A stretch of 64,000 nt of DNA from an uncultured Alphaproteobacteria bacterium (GTDB lineage: Bacteria; Pseudomonadota; Alphaproteobacteria; CAAGCB01; CAG-977), in NCBI GenBank assembly GCA_944390195.1, contig CALXOZ010000002.1, forward strand, positions 14,380-78,379. Reading direction: 5' to 3'. The notes under the pieces were generated by a model, which was given only the letters and a program-made list of their open reading frames with translations, was not told the origin of the DNA and made no database searches. Every line of letters starts with the position of its first letter. The stretch's first letter is position 1. Of this stretch, positions 54,800-64,000 are shown piece after piece. The position numbers and the translations under genes were made by a program.

Positions 54800-54950
54800 C
54801 ACAAAAAACGACCATAACGGACTTCAATACGCCTTGCATAAGGAATTTATTTGAACATTGATGACAAAACGAAGTTCAATGCGACATTTGACGAATTGAT
54901 AGCTACAAATACCAAGTTCCAATTGAAAAACGTCAGTGTTCTTATCTAAA
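54800..54950 (+). pseudogene. decayed inverted fragment of the ADP-forming acetyl-CoA synthetase gene
   Basis: Translation ALHKEF/GIYLNIDDKTKFNATFDELIATNTKFQLKNVSVLI* versus parent ALHKTEMKGIYLNIDDEAKFNAAFDELTATIAKFQLKNASVLIQ (parent encoded on minus at about 55980-56110). The fragment is on the plus strand and has an indel and a stop. Confidence 0.85.
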
Positions 54951-55588
54951 ATTCGCTGATATCTTGGAACGTATGAAAAATTCTTAAATGACTTTCAGTT
55001 CAAATTTAGAATAAGATTGATGGAAAAAATGAATAGGAATTTAAAACTTAAAAAATAATATAAAATGCACAGAATAGAACTGTTTCATCAACTTTATGCA
55101 AAGAAATTTTCTAACAACTTTTTAAAAAAAAGCATATTTGGATTATTTTTTCAAAAACGACAAAAACTTAACGCATCTGAAAAAATGAAAAATTTTTCTG
55201 TTTTCCAATTTTTCGGAGATGTAGAGATTTAAGACTTTTATGAAAAAGTAAAGGGAAAAAATTACTGCCTTAGCTATATTTATAATTGCAGATAAATATC
55301 AGCTAAACTTTTTTATAAATTACTAGGACACTCTATTCCAAATTAATGCGAAAAAACGAAATGAACTTATATACAGTCAAAAGCTCTGAATAATTCGTAA
55401 GCTAGATAAACTCGAATAAGTAACACAAAACTTCTAAAACATATCCAGATAAAAATTTAAAGCTGTATAAGAAAGTTAGAAGTTGAACTTTGTTGAAGCT
55501 TCAGCGTTTTATGATGATATATAAAAAAAACTTTTCCGCTTTTCAAACATTTCGAGCAGAATAGAACGTGTTCTTTTTGTCCCGACCA

Positions 55589-55608
55589 CCCCCGCAATTA
55601 TGCGGGGG
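55589..55608 (-). other. GC-rich hairpin 18 nt downstream of the acetyl-CoA synthetase stop (possible terminator without U-tract)
   Basis: cccccgca-atta-tgcggggg. Confidence 0.3.
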
Positions 55609-55625
55609 TAGAAAAGGAAAAAGTT

Positions 55626-57707
55626 TTATTTTAATAACATTTTAAAATCGACGACGACAGCACGGTCTTTTGTTACCAGAACTGGATTTCCGTCAATGGA
55701 TTTTATTTCCGGAATTTCCAGAACCAATTGTTGAACCTTCTTTAACGTTTCAGCCAAAGGTCCGACCGCTTTAGGTTCTTCTCCTCTAACACCATTCAAA
55801 ATCGTTCCGATTTTTGTTTCTTTGATCATTGCGTCAAAATCATCAGCAGGAAGAATACGCATTGTCGTATCCCGCATGACTTCCGTATAGATGCCGCCCG
55901 TTCCAAAGATCATGACACGACCGAAATTTTTATCAGAATTAACACCGATAATCGTTTCAGAAGCCTTGACGATCATTTCTTGGATAAGGACACTGGCGTT
56001 TTTCAATTGGAACTTGGCAATTGTCGCCGTCAATTCATCAAACGCCGCATTGAACTTCGCTTCGTCATCGATGTTCAAATAAATTCCCTTCATTTCCGTT
56101 TTATGCAAAGCGTCAGGAGCGGAAAGCTTCAACACGACAGGAGAGGGGAAAAGCTTTTTACAAAATGCCAATGCTTCATTTTTATCCGTAAAGTTACCGC
56201 ATTTCGGATAGTCGATTCCGTAATGATCCATGATTTTGTTCATTGTTGTTTGCGGTAAGGAAGCTAAACCGTCATTTACGGCTTTTTTAATTTCCTCTTT
56301 AATTTCGGACGGGACGTCATGACATTCGACTTTTACATCAGGCATTCCTCTGAACGCCATTTGGGCTTTCATCAAACCGAGCAAGCGGATACAATCTGTC
56401 GGATAATCATATGCAAGGATATTTTGAGCTTTTAACATATTAACAGCTTCTCTAACGCGTTCTCCGCCGATAAAGGAGCAGAAAATGTTAATATCTTTAA
56501 ATTGAGGAGCCAGTTTGATAATAGCTTCAGCCGTTTCTTTGGGTTCTGTCGACATTTGAGGCGTCAATAGAACGATGATGTTTTTATATTCACCAGATTC
56601 GCATAAAACGCGCAAAGCGTTTTCATAACGATCCGCTTTTGCGTCTCCGACGACATCAATCGGGTTTCCGACGGAAGCTTCCGGCGTTAAAACGGCGCGT
56701 AATTTTTCGATTGTTTTTTCACTTGGGCGAGCCAAATCCAGATGAGCATCTTCGCATAAATCAGAAGACAAAACACCGACGCCACCTGCATTTGTCAATA
56801 TTCCAACAGAACCGGAAAAATCGGTATGGTTGACATGTTGCAACAATTCCAAAGCTCCGAACAATTCGCGAGTTGTATAAACTTGAATGGCGCCGCTACG
56901 TTGCAAAGCAATTTCCAAAACGCGGTAATTGGGAGCCAGAGACCCTGTATGTGACAAGCTGGCCGCTTGAGCTTTGCTGGATTTTCCGGGTTCCATGATA
57001 ACACATGGTTTCGTTTTGCTGACTTCTTTCAAGATACGCAAGAACTCTTGCCCTTTTTTCAGTCCTTCCAGATAGAAAACGAAAGCTTTTGTGTTCGGAT
57101 CGTGTTGAATGGCTTCCAACAAAGAAGCTTCGTTCAAATCCGCTTTATTCCCGATGGAGATGAAATGAGAAAATCCGATTCCCTTTTCTTCAGCCCAGTC
57201 GAGAATGGCGCTGCAATAGGCTCCCGACTGTGAAATGAAAGCGACATTTCCTTGTAAGGGGAAACAGGGAGCAAAACTTGCATTTAATTTATCGAAAGTG
57301 GAAATATGTCCCAAGCAGTTCGGACCCAACAAATTAATATTGTTATCCAAACATTTTTTTGCGATTTTCAATTCCAGTTCTTTATTTCCAGCTTCTCCGA
57401 ACCCTGCAGTGATGATACTGATATTTTTAGCTTTGTTAACAATTGCATCATCGACGGCGGCTTCGCAAAAACGAGCGGGAACCAATAAGACGACAAGGTC
57501 TACGGGATTGGGAATATCGCGTACGGAAGCAAAACATTTTTTACCTTTGAGTTCTTGTCCGGCCAACTTCGGATTGACACCGTAAAGATCTCCTTGGAAA
57601 CCGGCTTCAATCAGATTTTTAAAAACAACGGCTCCCAATTTTGATTCGTCAGCGGAAACACCGACAACCGCAATGGAATGCGGATTGAAAAATGTACTTA
57701 AAGACAT
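55626..57707 (-). CDS. acetate--CoA ligase (ADP-forming), fused alpha-beta subunits (Acd / NDP-forming acyl-CoA synthetase)
   Basis: About 694 aa. N-terminal CoA-binding 'IAVVGVSADESKLG', succinyl-CoA-synthetase-like flavodoxin and ligase-CoA domains, and a C-terminal ATP-grasp part. Start chosen at the second ATG after AAGGGA. Confidence 0.88.
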   Translation of the reverse strand: MSLSTFFNPHSIAVVGVSADESKLGAVVFKNLIEAGFQGDLYGVNPKLAGQELKGKKCFASVRDIPNPVDLVVLLVPARFCEAAVDDAIVNKAKNISIITAGFGEAGNKELELKIAKKCLDNNINLLGPNCLGHISTFDKLNASFAPCFPLQGNVAFISQSGAYCSAILDWAEEKGIGFSHFISIGNKADLNEASLLEAIQHDPNTKAFVFYLEGLKKGQEFLRILKEVSKTKPCVIMEPGKSSKAQAASLSHTGSLAPNYRVLEIALQRSGAIQVYTTRELFGALELLQHVNHTDFSGSVGILTNAGGVGVLSSDLCEDAHLDLARPSEKTIEKLRAVLTPEASVGNPIDVVGDAKADRYENALRVLCESGEYKNIIVLLTPQMSTEPKETAEAIIKLAPQFKDINIFCSFIGGERVREAVNMLKAQNILAYDYPTDCIRLLGLMKAQMAFRGMPDVKVECHDVPSEIKEEIKKAVNDGLASLPQTTMNKIMDHYGIDYPKCGNFTDKNEALAFCKKLFPSPVVLKLSAPDALHKTEMKGIYLNIDDEAKFNAAFDELTATIAKFQLKNASVLIQEMIVKASETIIGVNSDKNFGRVMIFGTGGIYTEVMRDTTMRILPADDFDAMIKETKIGTILNGVRGEEPKAVGPLAETLKKVQQLVLEIPEIKSIDGNPVLVTKDRAVVVDFKMLLK

Positions 57708-58028
57708 CATTTTCCCTTTCAAAAACTTTAAGTGTAACTGGGTTGTAATATGAAATGGTTATACACGAAAAGTCAAGGTAATTTTGAGCTTTTTCATAAT
57801 ATGAAACAATAAAAAATTCAGATGTTTTTTTTGGCGTATGGACAAATGGAAAATGCTCAGAGGAACATAACCATTTAAATAATGAAAAAAGTGAAAAATG
57901 ATAAATAACTAATTGATTTTTATAAAAATTGATTTAAAAAACGCTTTTAAAAAAAGAAAAGCTTTTTTTTCCGTCTTTTTCGGTGTAAAAAGAGGATACT
58001 ATTGTTATTGATAATGTGAGATATGGAA

Positions 58029-58505
58029 ATGGCTGGAAGCGTCAATAAAGTGATTTTAATCGGAAATGTCGGCAGAGACCCTGAGATCCGTCAATCGGCG
58101 GATGGAAGGAAAATTGTTAATTTTTCTGTTGCGACATCAGATGTTTGGAAAGATAAAAACGGCGAACGCCAAGAAAGAACAGAATGGCATCGTGTCGTTA
58201 TTTTCAATCAGTCTTTGGCCGATATCGCCGAACGCTATGTGAAAAAAGGAACGAAGCTGTATATAGAAGGGTCTTTGCAAACCAGAAAGTGGACGGATGG
58301 CAACGGTATCGAAAAGTACACAACTGAAGTTGTCTTAAGTAATTTTAAAGGTGAGCTGGCTCTGTTGGATGCAAAGAATTCTTCTTCGATGGATGCGACT
58401 TTTGGAACGGCGGGAACAGGGTTTGATGCTCATCCATCTGTTGCAAGCTGGGATTCCTCCAAACCTACCGAAGGTAATTCTTTTGACGATGAAATTCCTT
58501 TTTAA
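58029..58505 (+). CDS. ssb: single-stranded DNA-binding protein
   Basis: OB fold 'NKVILIGNVGRDPEIR…TEWHRVVIF'. Acidic C-terminal tip 'DDEIPF'. Confidence 0.92.
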   Translation: MAGSVNKVILIGNVGRDPEIRQSADGRKIVNFSVATSDVWKDKNGERQERTEWHRVVIFNQSLADIAERYVKKGTKLYIEGSLQTRKWTDGNGIEKYTTEVVLSNFKGELALLDAKNSSSMDATFGTAGTGFDAHPSVASWDSSKPTEGNSFDDEIPF

Positions 58506-58544
58506 GCAGCTTGAAGTGTAAAAACAAAAAACAGGATTGAAACT

Positions 58545-61334
58545 GTGGAAAATACTGTAAAAGATTCTTCGGTCGTTGTTGTCGGTATCGAAGAAGAAAT
58601 GAAGCGTTCTTACTTGGATTACGCGATGAGCGTGATCGTTTCGCGTGCCTTACCTGATGTTCGTGACGGATTAAAGCCGGTACACCGCCGTATTTTATAT
58701 TCCATGCACGAAAACGGATACGACTACAATAAACCGTTCCGCAAGTCAGCGCGTATCGTCGGAGATGTCATGGGGAAATATCACCCTCATGGTGATGCCG
58801 CAATCTATGATGCCATGGTTCGTATGGCTCAAAGCTTTTCCATGAGCCTGCCATTGATCTCTTCTCAAGGTAATTTCGGCTCCATTGACGGAGATCCTCC
58901 TGCGGCAATGCGTTATACCGAAGCCCGTCTGGCTTTATCCGCCCACAATTTATTGGATGATATTGATAAAGACACGGTTAATTTTTCCCCAAACTATGAT
59001 GAAACCGTTCTTGAACCGTCTGTTTTACCGGCTCGTTTCCCCAATATTTTAGTCAACGGAGCCGGTGGGATAGCTGTTGGTATGGCGACAAACATTCCCC
59101 CGCACAACTTGGGAGAAGTGATTGATGCCGCTATCGCTTGTGTTGATCACCCCGATATTTCCGATGAAGAATTGTTGCAGATTGTCCCTGGACCCGATTT
59201 TCCGACAGGCGGTATAATTCTTGGACGATCCGGATCCAGAGCTACAGAGCTGACAGGGCGCGGATCGATCATCATGCGCGGCAGAACGCATATTGAAGAA
59301 ATCCGTAAAGACCGCTGGGCAATCATTATAACAGAAATACCGTATCAAGTGAATAAATCCGCCATGATTTCCCGTATTGCGGAATTGGTGAGAGATAAAA
59401 CAATTGACGGTATTTCCGATATCCGTGATGAATCCGACCGTCAGGGAATACGCGTCGTTATTGAAATAAAGCGTGATTTTCATCCCGAGATCATTTTAAA
59501 CCAACTGTTCCGTTACACGTCTTTGCAGACAAGTTTCGGAGCCAATATGATTGCTTTGAATGCCGGACGACCGCAATTGATGAATTTGCGTGAAATGCTC
59601 GGAGCCTTCATTGCCTTTCGTGAAGAAGTCATCCGACGCAGAACGATTTACGAGTTGAACAAAGCGCGTGATCGGGCGCATTTATTGGTCGGTTTGGCAA
59701 TAGCTGTGGAAAACCTTGATTCCGTGATCGAATTGATTCGAAGCGCTCCGAACAGAAATGCCGCAAAAGAAAGTTTGATGAAACGTTCTTGGCCGGCTCA
59801 TCAAATCGTTCCGTTAATAGATCTGATCGACGATCCCGAATATGAAGCGGTTGACGGTGTTTGCAAACTGTCTGAAAAACAAGCGGATGGTATACTGGAC
59901 TTGCGTTTACACCGATTGACAGGTTTGGAACGTGAAAAAATCCATAATGAACTGCGCGAATTAGGCAGTATTATCAAAGAACTCTTATCTGTTCTGGCTT
60001 CGCGAGAAAAGTTATATGGTATCATGCGTGAGGAACTGGTTAAAGTGAAGGAAGAATTTTCCACACCGCGCCGGACAACGATAGAAGAAATTGAATTTGA
60101 ACATGATATCGAAGACCTCATTCAACGCGAAGATATGGTTGTAACCGTTACCAATACAGGGTATATCAAACGTGTTCCGTTGTCTTCATACCGTGCTCAA
60201 AGGCGTGGAGGAAAGGGACGTACGGGCATGAACACGCACGAAGAGGATTATATTACGAATTTGTTCGTTGCCAGTACGCATACACCTGTTTTGTTCTTTT
60301 CAAATGCCGGTTTGGTTTACAAAATGAAAGTTTACCGTTTACCGGTCGGCTCGCCGCAATCAACGGGCAAAGCTTTAATTAATTTGTTGCCCTTAAAGCA
60401 GGATGAGCGAATTACGACGATTATGCAGTTACCGGAAGACGAAAACGAATGCGATAATCTGGATGTCATGTTTGCAACGCGTTCTGGGAACGTACGGCGG
60501 AACAAACTATCCGATTTTGTCGATGTAAAAGCTAACGGTAAAATCGCAATGAAGTTGGATGAAGGCGATACGTTGATAGATGTGAAAATTTGTACGGACG
60601 ACCAAGATGTCTTGTTGGCGGCAAAAGGTGGAAAGTCGATCCGTTTCCCTGTTTCCGAAGTTCGTGTTTTTTCCGGAAGGACATCGACGGGAGTTCGCGG
60701 CATTCGGCTTGGAAAGGGCGACGAGGTTATTTCCATGTCTGTTTTGCGTCATACGGAAGCGGATATGGAAAAACGTTACGCTTATTTGAAGATGGCAAAA
60801 GCTTTGCGACGTTCGGACGAAAGTGAAGAAAATACAACGGACGACCCTGAAGCCGTATCATCGTTGACCTTATCCGAAGAAGAATTCCAAAAAATGCAGT
60901 CCGAAGAGGAATTTATTTTAACAGTAACGGACAGTGGCTATGGAAAAAGGACTTCGGCTTACGAATACCGCATTACGGGAAGAGGCGGTCAAGGGGTTAC
61001 CAATATAGATAACACGAAAAGAAAAGATAGTGTTGTCGCTTCGTTTCCCATAACAGATACAGCTCATGTCATGCTTGTAACGGATGCGGGCAAGTTAATC
61101 CGTATGCCTGTAAAAGATGTCCGTATTGCGGGCAGGAATACGATGGGGGTCATTATGTTCCGTTTGTCCGATGTTGAACATGTTGTGTCTGCGACATGTA
61201 TAGAAGATTATGAGGAGGAAACTCCGGAAGAGGAGGAAGAAGGATTAGAAGATGCCCTTCAAACGTTGCCGGAGAATGAATCGGAAGAGGCTCAAAAAAT
61301 GAATGAGAGTTCAAAGGAAAATCAGGATGACTGA
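58545..61334 (+). CDS. gyrA: DNA gyrase subunit A
   Basis: 929 aa. N-terminal domain with active-site region. GyrA box '[10 protein letters not shown]'. An acidic insertion in the CTD (…[34 protein letters not shown]…) and a long acidic C-terminal tail. Confidence 0.93.
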   Translation: MENTVKDSSVVVVGIEEEMKRSYLDYAMSVIVSRALPDVRDGLKPVHRRILYSMHENGYDYNKPFRKSARIVGDVMGKYHPHGDAAIYDAMVRMAQSFSMSLPLISSQGNFGSIDGDPPAAMRYTEARLALSAHNLLDDIDKDTVNFSPNYDETVLEPSVLPARFPNILVNGAGGIAVGMATNIPPHNLGEVIDAAIACVDHPDISDEELLQIVPGPDFPTGGIILGRSGSRATELTGRGSIIMRGRTHIEEIRKDRWAIIITEIPYQVNKSAMISRIAELVRDKTIDGISDIRDESDRQGIRVVIEIKRDFHPEIILNQLFRYTSLQTSFGANMIALNAGRPQLMNLREMLGAFIAFREEVIRRRTIYELNKARDRAHLLVGLAIAVENLDSVIELIRSAPNRNAAKESLMKRSWPAHQIVPLIDLIDDPEYEAVDGVCKLSEKQADGILDLRLHRLTGLEREKIHNELRELGSIIKELLSVLASREKLYGIMREELVKVKEEFSTPRRTTIEEIEFEHDIEDLIQREDMVVTVTNTGYIKRVPLSSYRAQRRGGKGRTGMNTHEEDYITNLFVASTHTPVLFFSNAGLVYKMKVYRLPVGSPQSTGKALINLLPLKQDERITTIMQLPEDENECDNLDVMFATRSGNVRRNKLSDFVDVKANGKIAMKLDEGDTLIDVKICTDDQDVLLAAKGGKSIRFPVSEVRVFSGRTSTGVRGIRLGKGDEVISMSVLRHTEADMEKRYAYLKMAKALRRSDESEENTTDDPEAVSSLTLSEEEFQKMQSEEEFILTVTDSGYGKRTSAYEYRITGRGGQGVTNIDNTKRKDSVVASFPITDTAHVMLVTDAGKLIRMPVKDVRIAGRNTMGVIMFRLSDVEHVVSATCIEDYEEETPEEEEEGLEDALQTLPENESEEAQKMNESSKENQDD

Positions 61335-61839
61335 GCGCATAGGAGTATATCCCGGTACATTTGACCCGATCACCTACGGTCATATGAATTTAGTCGAACG
61401 GGCGGCGAGCTTGGTTGATAAGCTGATTATAGGAGTGGCGGTAAATCAACATAAAAATTCGCTTTTCAGTTTGCAGGACCGTTTGGATATGACGGAAGAG
61501 GCGGTTGACAAGTTTCGCAAAAAAAGTGTTATTATCGTAAAACCATTGATAGATACATTGTTGGTTAATTTTGCGAAAGAAAATAATGCTGAAGTCATTT
61601 TTCGCGGGTTGAGAGCCGTTTCAGATTTTGAATATGAGTTTAAAATGTGCGTTATGAACCGGCGTTTACAAGAAAGCATAGAAACGGTTTTTTTGATGGC
61701 TTCGGAAAAACATCAGTTTGTTTCTTCTGTTTTTGTGAAAGAAATTTGTAAGCTTGGCGGCGATATTTCCACTTTTGTAACGCCGGCAGTAGGTGAAAAA
61801 CTGATATCCCGATATAAAGAATTAGGAGAAATCAAATGA
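61327..61839 (+). CDS. coaD: phosphopantetheine adenylyltransferase
   Basis: '[21 protein letters not shown]' (T/HxGH nucleotidyltransferase motif). Overlaps the gyrA stop. Confidence 0.9.
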   Translation: MTERIGVYPGTFDPITYGHMNLVERAASLVDKLIIGVAVNQHKNSLFSLQDRLDMTEEAVDKFRKKSVIIVKPLIDTLLVNFAKENNAEVIFRGLRAVSDFEYEFKMCVMNRRLQESIETVFLMASEKHQFVSSVFVKEICKLGGDISTFVTPAVGEKLISRYKELGEIK

Positions 61840-62306
61840 GTTCGAATGATCAAAATACATTATTGTTAGAATTGAAAAACGGTGTTGTTGAAATTCAAAT
61901 GCGTCCGGATTTAGCTCCTAATCATGTAGCTAGAATTAAAGAATTAGTTCGTGACGGTTTTTATGACGGATTGAAATTTCATCGAGTGATTGAAGGTTTT
62001 ATGGCTCAGACAGGTTGTCCGAAAGGGACAGGGACAGGGGGAAGCGGTAAAAAACTTAAAGCGGAATTTTCCAAAGAACCTCATGTTCGCGGGACGTGTT
62101 CCATGGCAAGAGCGATGGATATTAACAGCGCCGACAGTCAATTTTTCATTTGTTTTGATGATTGTCCATGGTTGGATCAACAATACACCGTTTGGGGAAA
62201 AGTAACAAAAGGAATGGAGTATGTTGACCAAATCAAAAAGGGAAGAGGCGATAATGGTATGGTAAACGATCCGGATGTCATTGTATCACTGAAATTGGTA
62301 GAGTAA
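61836..62306 (+). CDS. ppiB: peptidyl-prolyl cis-trans isomerase, cyclophilin type
   Basis: 'FHRVIEGFMAQTGCPKGTGTGGSG' and 'GTCSMARAMDINSADSQFFICF'. Confidence 0.9.
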   Translation: MSSNDQNTLLLELKNGVVEIQMRPDLAPNHVARIKELVRDGFYDGLKFHRVIEGFMAQTGCPKGTGTGGSGKKLKAEFSKEPHVRGTCSMARAMDINSADSQFFICFDDCPWLDQQYTVWGKVTKGMEYVDQIKKGRGDNGMVNDPDVIVSLKLVE

Positions 62307-62597
62307 TAAGGAATAGGGTGAAAGAAAAATTGTTCAATTTTTGTTTTAGATGTGTAAGAAAGCAGTCTTTTCCTTAATTGTTTCGCAACGCAAAAGAAAA
62401 TATCAATGAGAGAAGGAAAATTGAATTGATATCGGAAAGAAAACAAGAATATGAAAGTAACAAATAATAAAAAATAGCTGAAGGGGTCAGTAACGTTTTT
62501 TTTGTGTTGAATAAAAATAAAGATAACAAGATGAAAAGAGGATCAAAGCAATTTTTTATAAGTTTTTTATGAATAAGTCAGAGTTCTATAGTTTTAA

Positions 62598-62627
62598 AAA
62601 CGCCTGTTTGATCAGGCGTTTTTTTTA
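62598..62627 (+). terminator. rho-independent terminator of the ssb–gyrA–coaD–ppiB transcript
   Basis: aacgcctg-tttgat-caggcgtt followed by T9. Confidence 0.8.
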
Positions 62628-63615
62628 TTGCAGAGGATAAATTCATATAATTTTGATTTTTAATTACCTAAGCCAGATATGAAGAAACTTTTTTTTTGAA
62701 GAGCATCAAAGAATAAGAAATTATTCGTTATTGGGTTGATCCAATAAATTTCAAATGACGATTAAGTAAGTTTGGCTAAGGAATATCCAAAAAAAAGAAT
62801 AAAGATTAGAAAAGAAAACTTCCGCCGGATCAGGGGGAAAAAAGAGAAGGATGCTGAAGTTATCGAAAGCCAGATTTTAGAGATCTTGTAAATTTATCAT
62901 GAAATTTGTTTGTAAATTTATTTTGTTTTATTAGCGAAAGCCGCAAAAATGTCTGTTATTTTACGTTAATAACAAAAAAAACAAAAGTCGCATAATACAT
63001 CTTAATAAAAATGTTGATAATTTTTTAATAAGTTTGATAACAGTATTTTTTATTGTTTGTTTCCAATATCTTACTCATGTGCAATTTTTTTATGATATTA
63101 TATGATTGTCGCATAATGTATATTATGTTAAATAAGAAAAAAGTTATCAAACGAATAACAAAATGTTATATATTGAAATTAAAAAAAATTACAGCATGAA
63201 GATGATTTTGCAACATATTGAAATTTAATGATTTTTTTTCAGAAATAAAAAAATAGGCTCAAAATTAAAAAAAACTCTAAAAAGATGTCTTGATTGCTTT
63301 AAAAACAGAATAAAAAAAATTTTCTTTGTTAACACCCTTACCAAATCGAAAGAACAGATTTATAAAATTTTATGAGTGGATAGTATCCGGTCGAATACTG
63401 GAATTTATTTTATAAATAAATCAAGTTTTGATAAAAATATTTCCTTTTAAGTTTCAGCTACAGATAATGAATATGTTTCGGGTACGGATGGCGAAACAGT
63501 CACGATAAATACGAAAGAAACGATTTTAAAGTTGCCTTTTTAAAATCGTTTCACATCATTTATTTCAATATTTGTAAAGAGCTATAATCTATTTTATATT
63601 CGCCCTGCTCTTGTT

Positions 63616-64000
63616 TTAAATTTCAATTTCCATACCATCATATCCCGGTTCAATTCCGACAGGTAAAGAATTACATAAAGATTGGTAATCCAGATTAATA
63701 GACATATGCGTTAAAATAGTTCTTTTTGGTTTGATGATTTTTACCCATTCCAAGACACGATTTATAGAGGCATGACTAGGATGGTCTTTATCCGATAAAC
63801 AGCCGACAACCCACGTATCAATTCCTTTTAAAATCGAAAGCGCAGATTCATATAAATGAACGACATCGGTTGAATAACCGAATTTATTGATTCTGAATCC
63901 TAAACTTGTCGTCCATTCATGATCTTGTGTAAAAGGAATAATTTTTATCCCTTTTATATAAAAAGGTTCTCCCGGTTTGATCAAGTTAGGTTCCAGCCAT
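63616..64000 (-). CDS. MBL-fold metallo-hydrolase, C-terminal part (5' end beyond window)
   Basis: ORF open to the window end, with stop at 63616. The C-terminal region is typical of beta-lactamase-fold hydrolases (…WVVGCLSDKDHPSHASINRVLEW…). Confidence 0.55.
   Translation of the reverse strand, partial: WLEPNLIKPGEPFYIKGIKIIPFTQDHEWTTSLGFRINKFGYSTDVVHLYESALSILKGIDTWVVGCLSDKDHPSHASINRVLEWVKIIKPKRTILTHMSINLDYQSLCNSLPVGIEPGYDGMEIEI

Noticed and set aside
61990-62446. Small ORFs overlapping ppiB and its downstream spacer
   Set aside because: They are antisense or out-of-frame within a well-supported gene and carry no signals.

Overview
The backbone is alphaproteobacteria-like, judged by synteny: dgt–argS–SPOR–nagZ–…–tatABC–serS–surE, rpoZ–spoT–acpS–lepB–rnc–era–recO, and a CcrM-type methyltransferase. 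The sequence is AT-rich. It encodes an anaerobic or fermentative gene set: PFOR/nifJ, a fused ADP-forming acetyl-CoA synthetase, an orphan hydF, sufBCDS plus a DUF59 sufT, and pntAA/AB/B. There are also envelope-remodelling genes: pagP, a sulfatase-family transferase and a PIG-L deacetylase. I found no rRNA, tRNA or CRISPR by eye. The gene-dense core regions are broken by several 0.7–2.3 kb AT-rich gene-free stretches. Three of these contain decayed partial copies of nearby intact genes, in coding sense or inverted: nifJ, the acetyl-CoA synthetase and a GGDEF protein. The gene-free stretches also contain three short repeat families. The candidate novel modules are listed below.
- A DUF4157-like HExxHxxQ protein paired with an ankyrin-repeat protein, next to ccrM.
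- A TolC-family lipoprotein fused to a C-terminal cadherin-like (He_PIG) domain, with an upstream secreted acidic protein.
- A 232-aa HH-motif protein flanked by perfect 54-bp direct repeats inside a gene-poor island.
- An unannotated 51-aa Cys/His/Lys-rich ORF inside the suf operon.
- An orphan hydF cotranscribed with two small proteins.
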